Assembly: GCA_037441705.1 (NCBI GenBank)
Contig: JBBIRR010000024.1
Location: forward strand, 1-64,000
DNA: 64,000 bases
Direction: 5' to 3'
Source of the DNA: Ignavibacteriales bacterium
GTDB taxonomy: Bacteria > Bacteroidota > Ignavibacteria > UBA10030 > UBA6906
Positions 46,967-58,110 of this stretch are shown one piece after another; positions within the stretch are counted from its first letter, which is position 1, and every line of letters starts with the position of its first letter. The position numbers were made by a program, and so were the translations under genes. The notes under the pieces are model-generated. The model was not told where the DNA came from. It saw nothing but the letters and a program-made list of their open reading frames with translations, and ran no database searches.

Positions 46967-48733
46967 TCATCGGATGAGAAGAAGTTTGCGCACAGCCGCG
47001 AAGGGTTCTCCTGACCCGGCGGTTGCAAGAAGTCTGCACACGTAAACCCCGCTGGCAACCGAGCGACCGTCGTCGCCGGTTCCATCCCACTGCACGATGT
47101 ACGAGCCGCTCTCGCGCGTGCCGTGCAGCAGCGTCCGTACGCGGCGCCCTCCGAGGTCGGAGATCGTGATGAGAATATCGGCTCTCTGAGCAACATCATA
47201 GCGGATGGATGTTGTAGGATTAAATGGATTGGGTGTATTAGGATGCAGCGCAAAGTGCTTAGGGGCAGAACTCATCGGAACGGAGGTCGGCGGGCGATTC
47301 TCGAAAAGGAAAATCAAATCATCCTCCTCATCGATCCCCGTCATGTCCATGTCGCCATCGTTGTCACGGTCGTGCAGTGTGGCGCACGATCCGGCTCGTG
47401 ACGAAGGAAGAGTTCTGCGATTGACCAGCGTTCCGCTCCCGTTGTTCTCGTACACACTCCAATTGCGCCCCGAGTAGTTGCTGGTCACCAGGTCCAGATC
47501 GCCATCGCCATCAATATCGCCGACATCAATGGCAAGCGGAAACCCGCCGGTAGGATACGTGACCGCTGCCGACAACCCACCCGCGCCGTTTCCGAAAATC
47601 ACGGCACAGTTGGCCGATCCGGAGTTTGCCGAGACGACATCCACATAGCCATCGCGATTCATGTCGCCAACGGCAATCATCCACGGGCCGCTGCCCCCTG
47701 CCGCGACCTTGGTCGAGTAGGTAAACCCACCGACGCCGTTCCCAAGCAGTAAAATAATCTCGCTTGATGCATACGCGCCGACGAAGAGGTCGAGGACGCC
47801 ATCGCCGTTTGCATCTGCCGTGGCACATGCGGTTTCGGCATTGCCATTGGCTTCCATAACGCTGCGCGGACCAAACGTTCCGTCACCGTTGTTCAACAAC
47901 ATGGCGATGTTGTTACCGGAGCGGTTCGCCGTTACGATGTCCGGGTCGCCGTCGCCATCAAGGTCGGCGACGCTCAAGCCCCGAATGCCTCCTGCGGCCT
48001 GATAGTTTCTGATGGAGAGGAACCCGCCGGTACCGTTGCCGAGAAAGACCGTGACACTATCTCCCGTCGAGTTGCCCACAGCGATGTCCATGTTTCCGTC
48101 GGCATTAAAGTCGGCGCTTTCATTCGTGCTCGGCCGTGAGCCGTTCGGAATGGGATGGACGGTGAATGCCGAGTAGTATCCCGAGCCGTTGTTCAGAAAC
48201 ACGCGGCAGTCGTTGGAGATTTCGTTCGGGACAAAGAAGTCGGAGAAGCCGTCGTTGTTCAAATCCGCACCGTGGGCGCCGTACGTTTGAATGTGCGCCT
48301 CCCCCTGCCGCCGAACCGCCACGCGTCCCACTTCGACGAGAGCAAGATAGCCCGGTTGTGTCTTCACCCAATAATTCCATGCATAGCCTTTTGCAAGACT
48401 ATCGCCCGCCTGACTGCGAATGCCTCTTGACAGCGACACCGTTATCCAATCCCCCGCCGACGGGAACCGTGTTGGCGTGAAGCGGATGCGCGTGTTGTTG
48501 TTCTCCATCTGGAACGTGCCGTGCATGACGCCGGACCACTTGCCGAACACCGAAATCGTGGACGAACTCACCGTGGCAGGATTGATCGGAACATCGAAGG
48601 TGATGAGGATGGAATCGCTGCGTTCGGCGCTGAGCGATTGTGCAGGAGGTGAGACAGCAATTACTATCGGCGCAGACGCCAGAAGCGGAAACGTCGAAAG
48701 CATCAATGCAGCGAGCAACGATAGCGATCTCAT
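46967..48733 (-). CDS. Ig-like plus FG-GAP repeat protein with FlgD/T9SS C-terminal domain
   Basis: DxDGDGxxD repeats; PNPFNP; WDGTGDDG. Confidence 0.9.
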   Translation of the reverse strand: MRSLSLLAALMLSTFPLLASAPIVIAVSPPAQSLSAERSDSILITFDVPINPATVSSSTISVFGKWSGVMHGTFQMENNNTRIRFTPTRFPSAGDWITVSLSRGIRSQAGDSLAKGYAWNYWVKTQPGYLALVEVGRVAVRRQGEAHIQTYGAHGADLNNDGFSDFFVPNEISNDCRVFLNNGSGYYSAFTVHPIPNGSRPSTNESADFNADGNMDIAVGNSTGDSVTVFLGNGTGGFLSIRNYQAAGGIRGLSVADLDGDGDPDIVTANRSGNNIAMLLNNGDGTFGPRSVMEANGNAETACATADANGDGVLDLFVGAYASSEIILLLGNGVGGFTYSTKVAAGGSGPWMIAVGDMNRDGYVDVVSANSGSANCAVIFGNGAGGLSAAVTYPTGGFPLAIDVGDIDGDGDLDLVTSNYSGRNWSVYENNGSGTLVNRRTLPSSRAGSCATLHDRDNDGDMDMTGIDEEDDLIFLFENRPPTSVPMSSAPKHFALHPNTPNPFNPTTSIRYDVAQRADILITISDLGGRRVRTLLHGTRESGSYIVQWDGTGDDGRSVASGVYVCRLLATAGSGEPFAAVRKLLLIR

Positions 48734-48811
48734 GATTGGCTCCACAATGTCAAAGGACGAAACGCAGGAACAGCCGAAGTGTAGAGAAAATCCGGAAGGG
48801 AATCAAACGCA

Positions 48812-48845
48812 AAGCGGGCGGCGCCTGTCGTGCACCGCCCGCTTG
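48812..48845 (-). terminator. Probable terminator hairpin
   Basis: AAGCGGGCGG...CCGCCCGCTT downstream of the YCF48-like gene. Confidence 0.5.
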
Positions 48846-48868
48846 TAGGAATCAGCCCGTACATTGCC

Positions 48869-50401
48869 TCACTTCGTCAGTACGAGCTTCCGGGTCTGTA
48901 CAAACGACCCGGCCGAGAGTTTGTACATGTACACTCCGCTTGCAAGTCCCGAGGCATCAAACACCCGACGATAGCTGCCTTCGCGCAATTCTTCGCTGAC
49001 TAACGTCGCTACCTCCTCGCCTAACATGTTGTACACTTTCAGCGAGACGAATCCTGCTTTCGCAACACCAAACTCGATCGTCGTGGCCGGATTGAACGGG
49101 TTGGGATAATTCTGCTTCAGCTCGAACGTCGCCGGCAGTTCTTTTTCGCCGACGCCCGTCAGCACGTCGACCGAAATCGGCTCGGAAAAATGAAGCGAGC
49201 CGTCGAGATCAATTTGCTTGAGGCGGTAGTAGAGACGACCCGCAGGAACGTTCACATCGGTGTAGGTGTAGACCTGCGGTTCGTTCGTCGTACCGTGTCC
49301 GGGCACGAAGCTCCCCGGCAGCGACACAAAGCCGGTGGGGGCATTCATCGCGCGCTGCACTTCGAAGCCGTAATTGTTCACCTCGCTGAGCGTTCGCCAA
49401 TCAAGCCGGACCGAGTTGCCGTTGATCACCGTCGCGGTAAACGACGCAAGCTGCACTGGCAACGGATTGAATCCGTACTCGCGAATCGTGCTGTTCATGC
49501 CAACGGCGTATCCATGTTGCCCGCCGAGGAACCACAGACCGCGCAGCGTTTCGGTCGTGAATGAGTTCTGCACCTCCCACGTCGCGCCACCGTCGGTTGT
49601 CCATTTCACAAGGCCTCCCGCGCCGGCGATCCACCCCGTATCTGCATTGATGAAATAGACCGCATAGAGATTCTGCGTCGTTCCACCATCCTGGATGTAC
49701 CATATGTCGCCGCCCGAGGTTGTTTTCTTGATTCGGCCGTTGGCACCCACTGCCCATCCGACGGAAGGACTGACAAACTGCACGGCGTTCATCGCCAGGG
49801 GATCATTGAGCCACTGCATTTGCCATATTGCGCCGCCGTTCATGGATCGCAGCAACGTTCCGTCACTGCACGTCATGAACAACGTGTTCGGGGCAGGACT
49901 CCAGCCTCCGGTGACATCGGCAGTCGTCGGAAGCGGTTGGACCGTCCAGGTAGTCCCACCGTCCGTGGTCTTGAGAAATGTTCCGTTGGCGCCTCCTGCC
50001 CATCCGATTTGTGTGTTGCGGAAGTACACGCAGTTCAACTGCGCGCTCGTGCTGCTTGCTTGCGGCACCCACGTCGCGCCGCCATCGGTGGTCTTGATGA
50101 TCACTCCGTTGCTGCCGACAACCCAACCGGTGGAGGCATTCACAAACCAGAGGTGGACAAGATCTGCCGTCGTGTTGCTGACCTGTTGCTGCCACGTTGC
50201 GCCGGCGTCCGTCGTTTTGCTGATTGCTCCTCCACTCCCTACTGCCCAACCCGTTACGTCATTCGCAAACCGTACTGCGAAGTAGTTTGCAGCAGGATCG
50301 GCGAGCAGAACCCTCCACGACTCCGCCGCAAAGAGCTGTGACGTCCACAAGATGCTGACCATAACCAACAGGCAGGCGTTCACCGATCGGTTATTTGTCA
50401 T
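48869..50401 (-). CDS. YCF48-like beta-propeller protein with T9SS C-terminal domain
   Basis: GWAVG..KTTDGGATW repeats; PLPVQL; YPNPFNP. Confidence 0.92.
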   Translation of the reverse strand: MTNNRSVNACLLVMVSILWTSQLFAAESWRVLLADPAANYFAVRFANDVTGWAVGSGGAISKTTDAGATWQQQVSNTTADLVHLWFVNASTGWVVGSNGVIIKTTDGGATWVPQASSTSAQLNCVYFRNTQIGWAGGANGTFLKTTDGGTTWTVQPLPTTADVTGGWSPAPNTLFMTCSDGTLLRSMNGGAIWQMQWLNDPLAMNAVQFVSPSVGWAVGANGRIKKTTSGGDIWYIQDGGTTQNLYAVYFINADTGWIAGAGGLVKWTTDGGATWEVQNSFTTETLRGLWFLGGQHGYAVGMNSTIREYGFNPLPVQLASFTATVINGNSVRLDWRTLSEVNNYGFEVQRAMNAPTGFVSLPGSFVPGHGTTNEPQVYTYTDVNVPAGRLYYRLKQIDLDGSLHFSEPISVDVLTGVGEKELPATFELKQNYPNPFNPATTIEFGVAKAGFVSLKVYNMLGEEVATLVSEELREGSYRRVFDASGLASGVYMYKLSAGSFVQTRKLVLTK

Positions 50402-50680
50402 TGTGAGTCCCCCCTATGTTTGTGAGTGATGTTGAGAGATGTGTTTGACTGAAGTTTGCAGGGGAAGAAAGTGATGCACTTTCGCTGTGCTAATATGGCA
50501 AATTGAAGAAGCTTCAATAATGACTTGAATCACGGGTAGAGCACACTTTTTGCGACTCACGCGATGTGAACGGCGTCGCGCGAAAACAGAAAGGCGAATC
50601 AGCACAGAGGTAACACGCGACAACGTGTGCTCTGCTGGATGTCAGCACATCGCGGCACACGCGGACCCATCAACGCACGC

Positions 50681-51319
50681 TTACAAACGGCCGGCCCATC
50701 GTTCAACAAACACTTTCGGCACTCGTACTTCATTTCCGTTCACGCGACTGGGAATGGGATCGGGAAAGTATTTTGCGCAGCACGCGTATGCTTCCATTGT
50801 CATCATATCCCAATTGGACGGACAGCGTGCACAGAAGATTTTGTTGTCTTTGATGGTAAATTCCGACGAGCCGCAATGTTCGCTCAAGCTTATTGCGGTA
50901 ACAAGCTGGCCCGTCGGCGCTATGTAGGCCATGACGCTGCGCGGCGTTTGCCCTCCCCGATACTCGAAGCGCACGAGCCGGTGTCGCTTGACATCATCCA
51001 ACGAAAAGACAAGGTCTCCACCATCCTCACGGAAGGCGATCAACGTCATACTCACCGGATCGGAACCGAAATCAGCGGGGGCGGCAACCACAGGCTGCTG
51101 CTGGATCACCGAGTGAACCGAGGGATTGAGGTATTGAATGAACATGTACGTTCCGGCTATCAGGACGAGGGGGAAAACAACCAGGGCAACACGCTTCGTG
51201 ACCGATGGCTGCTTCGACGGAGCGGCTGCGGGTTCGGCTACCGGTTGCACACTTGCTCCGCAACTCGGACAAAACTTTGCTGTTGGTGTCAGCTCGTACT
51301 CACAATTGCTACACTGCAT
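50681..51319 (-). CDS. Zinc-ribbon/TM/DUF2318-like Fe-S protein
   Basis: CSNC...CPSCG, TM helix, HCGS..CARC..ACC..PDPIP. Confidence 0.7.
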   Translation of the reverse strand: MQCSNCEYELTPTAKFCPSCGASVQPVAEPAAAPSKQPSVTKRVALVVFPLVLIAGTYMFIQYLNPSVHSVIQQQPVVAAPADFGSDPVSMTLIAFREDGGDLVFSLDDVKRHRLVRFEYRGGQTPRSVMAYIAPTGQLVTAISLSEHCGSSEFTIKDNKIFCARCPSNWDMMTMEAYACCAKYFPDPIPSRVNGNEVRVPKVFVERWAGRL

Positions 51320-51444
51320 GCGAACCTCTGTGTTTGGTTTTCATTCTCCCATAAGATACGCAGGCGGGAGCCGAGGAGCAATTCGGCTCCACGAGTTCAA
51401 GAACCAGCTGACATACCTGTTGACGTCCAGAGCATGCCCTCCGC

Positions 51445-51473
51445 TTGACGCAAAGGAAAGAATCTTGTAGATT
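51445..51473 (+). promoter_or_regulatory. Sigma70-type promoter of the trp leader
   Basis: TTGACG-17 nt-TAGATT. Confidence 0.65.
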
Positions 51474-51482
51474 GGCGCTGTG

Positions 51483-51554
51483 ATGAAACGTCTGGACAGA
51501 CATACGAGAACAGGATGGTGGTGGCGCAATCCCGTTGAGGTTTGCCCGCCATAG
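51483..51554 (+). CDS. trpL: Trp leader peptide MKRLDRHTRTGWWWRNPVEVCPP
   Basis: Three consecutive TGG codons upstream of a terminator and trpB2. Confidence 0.85.
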   Translation: MKRLDRHTRTGWWWRNPVEVCPP

Positions 51555-51574
51555 CGTAAACGAATTTCTGCTGT

Positions 51575-51614
51575 AAGGTGGGAAGACCTCACGGTGTTCC
51601 CACCTTTTTGTTTT
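51575..51614 (+). terminator. Attenuator terminator
   Basis: AGGTGGGAA-GACC-TCAC-GGTG-TTCCCACCT followed by TTTTGTTTT. Confidence 0.85.
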
Positions 51615-51740
51615 CCTCCGTTGTTTGACAATGCTGGCGGAATGAAATCGAGTGGGGGCATCGTGAACCGTTACCCGTCTGGTCATGTACCACACTATGT
51701 CATCATTCACCAACATCTACTCACAAACTCCGGAGGACCT

Positions 51741-53102
51741 ATGTCCCAAATAAAGTTCCTGCTCGCCGAGGACGAAATCCCCACGTCCTACTACAACATC
51801 CAGGCGGATATGCCGACACCGCTTGCACCCGTACTCCATCCGGGGACTCGCCAGCCTGTTGGGCCTCAGGACTTGCAGCCCATCTTTCCGATGTCTCTCA
51901 TCCTTCAGGAAGTAAGTCGGGAGGCGTTCATTCCCATTCCCGATGAGGTGCGTCGCATCTATCAGCTTTTTCGCCCAACGCCTCTCGTTCGTGCACGTCG
52001 GTTCGAGGAGCGGCTGGGCACCACAGCGCACATCTACTACAAGTACGAGGGGGTAAGTCCGGCAGGCAGTCACAAACTCAACACCGCGCTCGCGCAAGCC
52101 TACTTCAACGCGAAGGAAGGGGTGAAGCGCCTCACCACCGAAACCGGCGCGGGACAATGGGGAAGCGCATTGAGCATGGCATGCAATTTCTTCGGACTCG
52201 AATGCAAAGTGTACATGGTAAAGGTCAGCTATCAGCAGAAACCGTATCGCAAGGCGCTGATGCACACATTCGGGGCAAGCGTCGTACCGAGTCCGAGCAC
52301 CGATACAAACGCCGGGCGCAAAGTCTTGGAGGCAGATCCCAATTCACCCGGCAGTTTGGGGATCGCCATCAGCGAGGCGATTGAAGATGCAGCGACACGC
52401 AACGATACGAAGTACTCACTCGGCAGCGTACTGAACCACGTGCTGGTTCACCAGTCCGTCATTGGGCTGGAGGCACTGAAGCAGATGGAGAAAGCCGGAG
52501 AATATCCGGACGTCGTGATCGGGTGCTGCGGCGGCGGATCGAACTTCGCCGGTATTGCCTTCCCCTTCGTGCGTGACCGCATCAAGGGACGGAACGTGCG
52601 CGCGATCGCGGTGGAGCCTGCATCGTGCCCGACGCTCACCAAAGGCACGTTCACGTACGACTTTGGCGACACGGGCCAACTGACGCCCTTGATTCCAATG
52701 CACACACTGGGGCATACGTTTGTGCCGCCGTCCATCCACGCCGGCGGGTTGCGCTATCATGGCGTGGCGCCGCTGGTGAGCAGGCTGTATCTCGACGGCT
52801 TGATCGAGGCTCAGGCATACAAGCAGCTCGAAGTGTTCGATGCGGCAAAGGAATTTGCGAGAGCGGAGGGAATCATCCCCGCGCCCGAATCTGCCCATGC
52901 GATTCGTGCGGTCATCCACGAGGCTACGAGAACGAATGGGAAGCCGAAAGTCATTCTGTTCAACCTGAGTGGTCACGGTCATTTCGACATGCAGGCGTAC
53001 GAAGACTTCTTTACACAGAAGCTCCAGGACTATGAGCTTCCCAAAGAACAAATCGCCCAAGCTCTTCAAGCCATTCAGATGATGCCGACGGTCGAAGCGT
53101 GA
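51741..53102 (+). CDS. trpB2: TrpB2 (type 2 tryptophan synthase beta)
   Basis: [42 protein letters not shown]. Confidence 0.93.
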   Translation: MSQIKFLLAEDEIPTSYYNIQADMPTPLAPVLHPGTRQPVGPQDLQPIFPMSLILQEVSREAFIPIPDEVRRIYQLFRPTPLVRARRFEERLGTTAHIYYKYEGVSPAGSHKLNTALAQAYFNAKEGVKRLTTETGAGQWGSALSMACNFFGLECKVYMVKVSYQQKPYRKALMHTFGASVVPSPSTDTNAGRKVLEADPNSPGSLGIAISEAIEDAATRNDTKYSLGSVLNHVLVHQSVIGLEALKQMEKAGEYPDVVIGCCGGGSNFAGIAFPFVRDRIKGRNVRAIAVEPASCPTLTKGTFTYDFGDTGQLTPLIPMHTLGHTFVPPSIHAGGLRYHGVAPLVSRLYLDGLIEAQAYKQLEVFDAAKEFARAEGIIPAPESAHAIRAVIHEATRTNGKPKVILFNLSGHGHFDMQAYEDFFTQKLQDYELPKEQIAQALQAIQMMPTVEA

Positions 53103-53118
53103 CCTGATCAAGACACAG

Positions 53119-53154
53119 AAACCCTCGGTGATATTGAATCGTCGCCGAGGGTTT
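53119..53154. terminator. Hairpin after trpB2
   Basis: AAACCCTCGGTGA...TCGCCGAGGGTTT. Confidence 0.55.
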
Positions 53155-53228
53155 CGGCATCCCCCGGTTGAAGAAGTCACCCGAATCTCCTACTATGGAA
53201 CGGCAGACAGCCTACCGGAAGAACTCTC

Positions 53229-54098
53229 ATGAGGGTGGCATTTCAAGGCATACACGGGGCGTACAGCGAACTGGCGGCACGGAGGTTTTTCGGCCCACGC
53301 TGCCGAACGTTGCCTTGTGAACGATTCGATCAAGTCTTTGATGCGGTCGAGCGGAAGAAGGTGGACCGTGCGGTGGTTCCGATTGAAAACTCTCTCGCAG
53401 GAAGTATTCATGAGAACTACGATCTTCTCCTGGCGCACACGCCGCATATTGTGGGAGAGATTCATTTGCGCATTGAACACGCACTAATGTGTCATCCGTC
53501 CGCGCGCCTGCGCGATCTTACAACGGTCCGGTCGCATCCGATCGTCTTCGAACAATGCAGTCGGTTCCTGGCACGATATCCTCGTCTCAAGCGGGAGGCT
53601 TTTTTCGATACAGCAGGCGCCGCACAATCCATTGCTTCGAACAACGATCGTTGCGTGGCAGCGATTGCCGGCGTGCATGCGGCGCGTTTGTATGGCTTGA
53701 AGATCCTTCACCGCAACATCGAGAACCGTCCGCACAACTTCACTCGCTTCCTGATTCTGGCGAGAGGTCCCGCCGTGCCTCACCATAACACCCGTACAAA
53801 AACCAGCATTGTCTTCATGCCGAAGACAAACGAGCCGGGTGTTCTCTTCCGCTGTCTGGGCGTGTTCTATGTCCGAAGCATTGACCTCTTGAAGATCGAA
53901 TCGCGACCCGATCCCGACTCGCCGTTTGAGTATATGTTCTATCTGGATCTGGAGGGAAGCCTCAAGCAGCGACGAGTTGCAGAAGCACTGGAGCACTTGC
54001 GTGAGATGTCGAAGATGTTTCGTATTCTGGGCACGTATGCGATGGGGAGGGGAAATTTCTATGGTGCCGCCGGCACGCGCAACGGGGCGAGACGATGA
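53229..54098 (+). CDS. pheA: Prephenate dehydratase
   Basis: VAFQG..GAYSE, PIENS, NFTRF, KIESRP ACT domain. Confidence 0.93.
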   Translation: MRVAFQGIHGAYSELAARRFFGPRCRTLPCERFDQVFDAVERKKVDRAVVPIENSLAGSIHENYDLLLAHTPHIVGEIHLRIEHALMCHPSARLRDLTTVRSHPIVFEQCSRFLARYPRLKREAFFDTAGAAQSIASNNDRCVAAIAGVHAARLYGLKILHRNIENRPHNFTRFLILARGPAVPHHNTRTKTSIVFMPKTNEPGVLFRCLGVFYVRSIDLLKIESRPDPDSPFEYMFYLDLEGSLKQRRVAEALEHLREMSKMFRILGTYAMGRGNFYGAAGTRNGARR

Positions 54099-55153
54099 GA
54101 GATAGCGGCGCACAGAAGGGACGCGGGGCATCGTTCAATCCTCCCAATCGGTTCGAATCGAGGCACGTGGAGCCGCTGGACATTGATCTGACGTATGAGG
54201 ATGCCGCCCCTTCGGTGCGCACAATGTTTTACCGCGATGCATCGCGTACCATTCTTGCGAAGAACGATTCGCCCGATCTCCCCTTCACGTACAGCATCAA
54301 CCCCTATCGCGGATGCGAACACGGATGCATCTACTGCTACGCGCGACCTTCGCATGAGTATCTCGGCTTCTCCGCCGGTTTGGATTTCGAGTCCAAAATT
54401 ATGGTGAAGCTCGATGCGGCAGCGCTCCTCGAGGAGGAGTTACGCACGAAGAGCTGGCAACCGCAGATGGTCGCTTTCTCCGGCAACACGGATTGCTATC
54501 AGCCCGTCGAGCGAAAACTTCAACTCACACGACAGTGTCTTGAAGTTTTTCTCCGCTATCGCAATCCGGTCGGGGTGATTACGAAGAACGCCTTGGTGCT
54601 GCGCGATCTCGATATCTTTCAGGAGATGGCGAGATTCAACCTCGTCCACATCATGATTTCGATAACGAGTTTGGATGAAGAGTTGATTCGAAAGATGGAG
54701 CCACGTACTTCGACGGCGGAAAAGCGTTTATCCACCATCGAGACGCTTGCAAGGAGCGGCATCCCGGTGGGTGTGAACGTCGCGCCCGTCATCCCGGGCC
54801 TGACGGACGAAGAACTTCCCGCCATACTCAAAGCCGCCGCCGAGCATGGCGCACAGAGCGCGGGCTACATCTTGCTGAGACTACCGGGTGCGGTCAAGAG
54901 CCTCTTCGTCCGCTGGCTGGAACGCGAGCTGCCGCTGCGCGCAGGGAAAGTGCTGCACCGCATTCGCGAAACACGACACGGGGAGCTTTCCGACGCACGC
55001 TTCGGCTCACGCCTCAAAGGCGAAGGCGAAATCGCCGAGACGATACGCAAGCTGTTCGCTCTCAATGCACAGAGGTACCATTTGAACAAGCGATGGAGCG
55101 GACTTTCGACGGAACATTTTCGGAAGGACGAGGGTCAGTTGGACCTTTTTTGA
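54095..55153 (+). CDS. PA0069/Rv2578c-family radical SAM protein
   Basis: SINPYRGCEHGCIYCYARPSH. Confidence 0.92.
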   Translation: MRDSGAQKGRGASFNPPNRFESRHVEPLDIDLTYEDAAPSVRTMFYRDASRTILAKNDSPDLPFTYSINPYRGCEHGCIYCYARPSHEYLGFSAGLDFESKIMVKLDAAALLEEELRTKSWQPQMVAFSGNTDCYQPVERKLQLTRQCLEVFLRYRNPVGVITKNALVLRDLDIFQEMARFNLVHIMISITSLDEELIRKMEPRTSTAEKRLSTIETLARSGIPVGVNVAPVIPGLTDEELPAILKAAAEHGAQSAGYILLRLPGAVKSLFVRWLERELPLRAGKVLHRIRETRHGELSDARFGSRLKGEGEIAETIRKLFALNAQRYHLNKRWSGLSTEHFRKDEGQLDLF

Positions 55154-55629
55154 TTCACCCAATCTAACTGTTCCCTCAGCAGCTGAACCTTTGCTTGACG
55201 GTCAAGCTGCCGCAGATCGAACACTTCATCCGCCTGCACGTTCGACCCGACAACAAATCCCGCAACACCTCCGAGCACAAGCCCAAAGGCGATACTGTAG
55301 AGATCGGCTTCGCCTTGCTTCACCGCCGTAGGCTTCAGCGCGTAGCCGATGGCCCCTCCGGCGGCAGCGCCAATCAGCACGGCAGGAAGAATTGCTGAGC
55401 GCTGCTCGCGACGAAGCTCGACAAGCGAATCTACCAAAAACCACTCCGAGAGATTCGATCGTGTCGTAACGATGAGTGAATCTTGGGTGACGCGCGTGAG
55501 CGCTACCTGAGTGAACCTCTCACCGCTGGAAAGCACCACCGACCAGTCCTGTGCCACCGCAGCGGATGTCATAAAGAGACATAGAGTCGCAAGCAACATG
55601 CAGGTACTACTCTTCCGTGAGGTTCCCAT
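55135..55629 (-). CDS. Hypothetical protein with glycine-zipper TM segments
   Basis: Signal peptide; GAAAGGAIG and GGVAGFVVG. Confidence 0.65.
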   Translation of the reverse strand: MGTSRKSSTCMLLATLCLFMTSAAVAQDWSVVLSSGERFTQVALTRVTQDSLIVTTRSNLSEWFLVDSLVELRREQRSAILPAVLIGAAAGGAIGYALKPTAVKQGEADLYSIAFGLVLGGVAGFVVGSNVQADEVFDLRQLDRQAKVQLLREQLDWVNQKRSN

Positions 55630-55722
55630 GGAGTGTCCCCCGTAGTGAAATGGATGTACGACCGGGCGCCGCGAATGGGTTGGTGAACGACCTTACCCGG
55701 CTCCCGCAGCTGCAACGCTCAA

Positions 55723-56103
55723 TTACTGTCCTATCAGCGCCTTGTACGCGGCAGCATCAAGCAGGCTGCTGAGTTCGGCCGGGTCGGAGAGTTTGACCTT
55801 GATCATCCATCCGGCGTTATAGGGATCTTTGTTGACCAGCTCAGGAGTTTTCTCCAATGCTGAATTGATTTCGACCACCGACCCCGAGACGGGCGAGTAG
55901 AGATCGGAGACGGCTTTCACCGCTTCGATCGTTCCGAAGGTATCGTGCGCCTTCAGGGTCTTGCCGACGGCAGGCAGAACAACGAACACGACATCGCCCA
56001 GCTCGCCTTGCGCATAATCGGTAATGCCGATCGTGCCCGTGTCGCCATCAATTCTAATCCATTCATGATCCTTGGTGTACTTAAGGTCTTCCGGGAAGGT
56101 CAT
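55723..56103 (-). CDS. gcvH: Glycine cleavage system H protein
   Basis: [31 protein letters not shown]. Confidence 0.96.
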   Translation of the reverse strand: MTFPEDLKYTKDHEWIRIDGDTGTIGITDYAQGELGDVVFVVLPAVGKTLKAHDTFGTIEAVKAVSDLYSPVSGSVVEINSALEKTPELVNKDPYNAGWMIKVKLSDPAELSSLLDAAAYKALIGQ

Positions 56104-56200
56104 TGCCGAGTGTCCTTTCTCGATTGCTTGTTGGTTCAGGGTGATGAGGAACGCTGCATCAGCACCGCAAGGAGCAACCTCGCATGCGTGCTCAGAAAAT

Positions 56201-57547
56201 TCAATCCAGTGGACTGAACTGGAACGTCTCAAGAAAACTCGTGTCGAACGCGCCGGACTTGAAGCGTTCGTCGCGCATTACCTGGCGATGGAACGGGATG
56301 GTTGTTTTGATGCCCTGGATGGTGAATTCATCGAGGGCACCGGTCATTTTCTGAATGGCCCCTTCCCGCGTTTGGGCAAAGACAATCAGTTTCGCGAGGA
56401 GCGAGTCGTAGTACGGCGGCACGACATATCCCGCGTAGCAATGTGTGTCGACGCGTACGCCGAACCCGCCGGGCATGTGGAAGTCGGTGATCTTTCCGGG
56501 ATTGGGCCGGAATCCGTTTTCGGGATCTTCCGCGTTGATGCGGCATTCGATGGCATGCCCTTCGGGACGTACCTTCTTGCGCGGGAGTTTTTCGCCGGCC
56601 GCAACACGAAGCTGCAGCTTGATCAGATCATGACCCGTTACTTCTTCTGTTACGGGATGTTCGACCTGAATGCGGGTGTTCATCTCCATGAAGTAGAAGT
56701 TCTTGTCCTTGTCCACAAGGAACTCAATCGTGCCGGCACCTTCGTAGTTGACAGCCTTGCAGCCCTTGACCGCGGCGTCCCCCATTCTTGCCCTGAGGTC
56801 TTCATCCACAAAAGGCGAGGGAGATTCTTCGATCAGCTTCTGATGTCTGCGTTGTACCGAGCAGTCGCGTTCGCCAAAGTGAATTACATTGCCATGCTGA
56901 TCGCCGAAGACCTGGATTTCGATGTGCCGCGGCTGCTCCACATACTTTTCGATATACACTGCGGGATTGCCGAACCCTTGCTCGGCTTCGTGCCGGGCGG
57001 TCTGGAGTGCGTTTTCTAATTCCTCCTCTTCACGCACGATGCGCATACCGCGGCCACCGCCGCCTGCAACTGCTTTGATGATGACGGGAAAGCCGATTTC
57101 GTGTGCAATCCTTTTTGCCGCATCAAGATCTTCCACAACACCATCGCTGCCGGGCACAACGGGGACGCCTGCTTTCTTCATCGTCTCTTTTGCAAGCGCC
57201 TTATCGCCCATTGCGGCAATCATCTCGGCATCGGGACCGATGAACTTGATGCCCGATGTCTTGCAGATATCTGCGAAGCGAGCGTTCTCGGCAAGGAATC
57301 CGTACCCGGGGTGAATGGCCTCAGCCCCGGTGATTTCGGCTGCGGCAATGATGCGCGGAATTTTCAGGTAGCTCTCTCTGCTGGGCGGGGGACCGATGCA
57401 CACCGCCTCATCGGCAAACCGGACGTGCAGTGAATCGCGGTCGGCTTCCGAATACACCGCGACAGTCTTGATCCCGAATTGCTTGCAAACACGAATAATC
57501 CGGAGGGCTATTTCTCCTCGATTGGCGATCAGGACTTTCTTGAACAC
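56201..57547 (-). CDS. accC: Biotin carboxylase
   Basis: [28 protein letters not shown]. Confidence 0.97.
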   Translation of the reverse strand: MFKKVLIANRGEIALRIIRVCKQFGIKTVAVYSEADRDSLHVRFADEAVCIGPPPSRESYLKIPRIIAAAEITGAEAIHPGYGFLAENARFADICKTSGIKFIGPDAEMIAAMGDKALAKETMKKAGVPVVPGSDGVVEDLDAAKRIAHEIGFPVIIKAVAGGGGRGMRIVREEEELENALQTARHEAEQGFGNPAVYIEKYVEQPRHIEIQVFGDQHGNVIHFGERDCSVQRRHQKLIEESPSPFVDEDLRARMGDAAVKGCKAVNYEGAGTIEFLVDKDKNFYFMEMNTRIQVEHPVTEEVTGHDLIKLQLRVAAGEKLPRKKVRPEGHAIECRINAEDPENGFRPNPGKITDFHMPGGFGVRVDTHCYAGYVVPPYYDSLLAKLIVFAQTREGAIQKMTGALDEFTIQGIKTTIPFHRQVMRDERFKSGAFDTSFLETFQFSPLD

Positions 57548-57574
57548 ATGCTCTCCTGCAGTGAGACAGCAACG

Positions 57575-58072
57575 TTAGAGTGGCTCGATCAGAAAGAGTA
57601 CCTGACCATATTCGACAGGTTGGGCGTTCTCGACCATGATTTGCACGACCCGACCCGCAATATCCGATTCGATTTCGTTCATCAGCTTCATCGCCTCGAC
57701 GATGCACAGAACCGTTCCCTTCTCTACCGTGGATCCGACCTGAACGAATGGCGGTGCATCGGGCGCCGGAGAACGGTAGAACGTTCCGACGATGGGCGAG
57801 CGGACTTCATGGTATTTCGGCACCGCTGCCGGCGTCGGCGTTGGAGCCGCGGCAGGAACCTCGGCTGCCGGCGCGGTTGGCGGAGGAGCCGGAGGCACTA
57901 CTTGATGCGGAACGGCATGCGCTGGAACATGAACAACGGTCTGTTGAGGATTGACAGTTGGTTGGAGGGTCTTTGCAATGCGGATTTTTTTCCCATCTTC
58001 CTCAATCTCTATTTCATCCACTTTACTTTCGGAGACAAGTTCAATGAGCTTGGTAATGTATTCAATATCCAT
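57575..58072 (-). CDS. accB: Biotin carboxyl carrier protein
   Basis: [17 protein letters not shown]. Confidence 0.97.
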   Translation of the reverse strand: MDIEYITKLIELVSESKVDEIEIEEDGKKIRIAKTLQPTVNPQQTVVHVPAHAVPHQVVPPAPPPTAPAAEVPAAAPTPTPAAVPKYHEVRSPIVGTFYRSPAPDAPPFVQVGSTVEKGTVLCIVEAMKLMNEIESDIAGRVVQIMVENAQPVEYGQVLFLIEPL

Positions 58073-58110
58073 GGGGACTCCTGAATGGTGACTGCGTGGC
58101 AGGAAGACGC

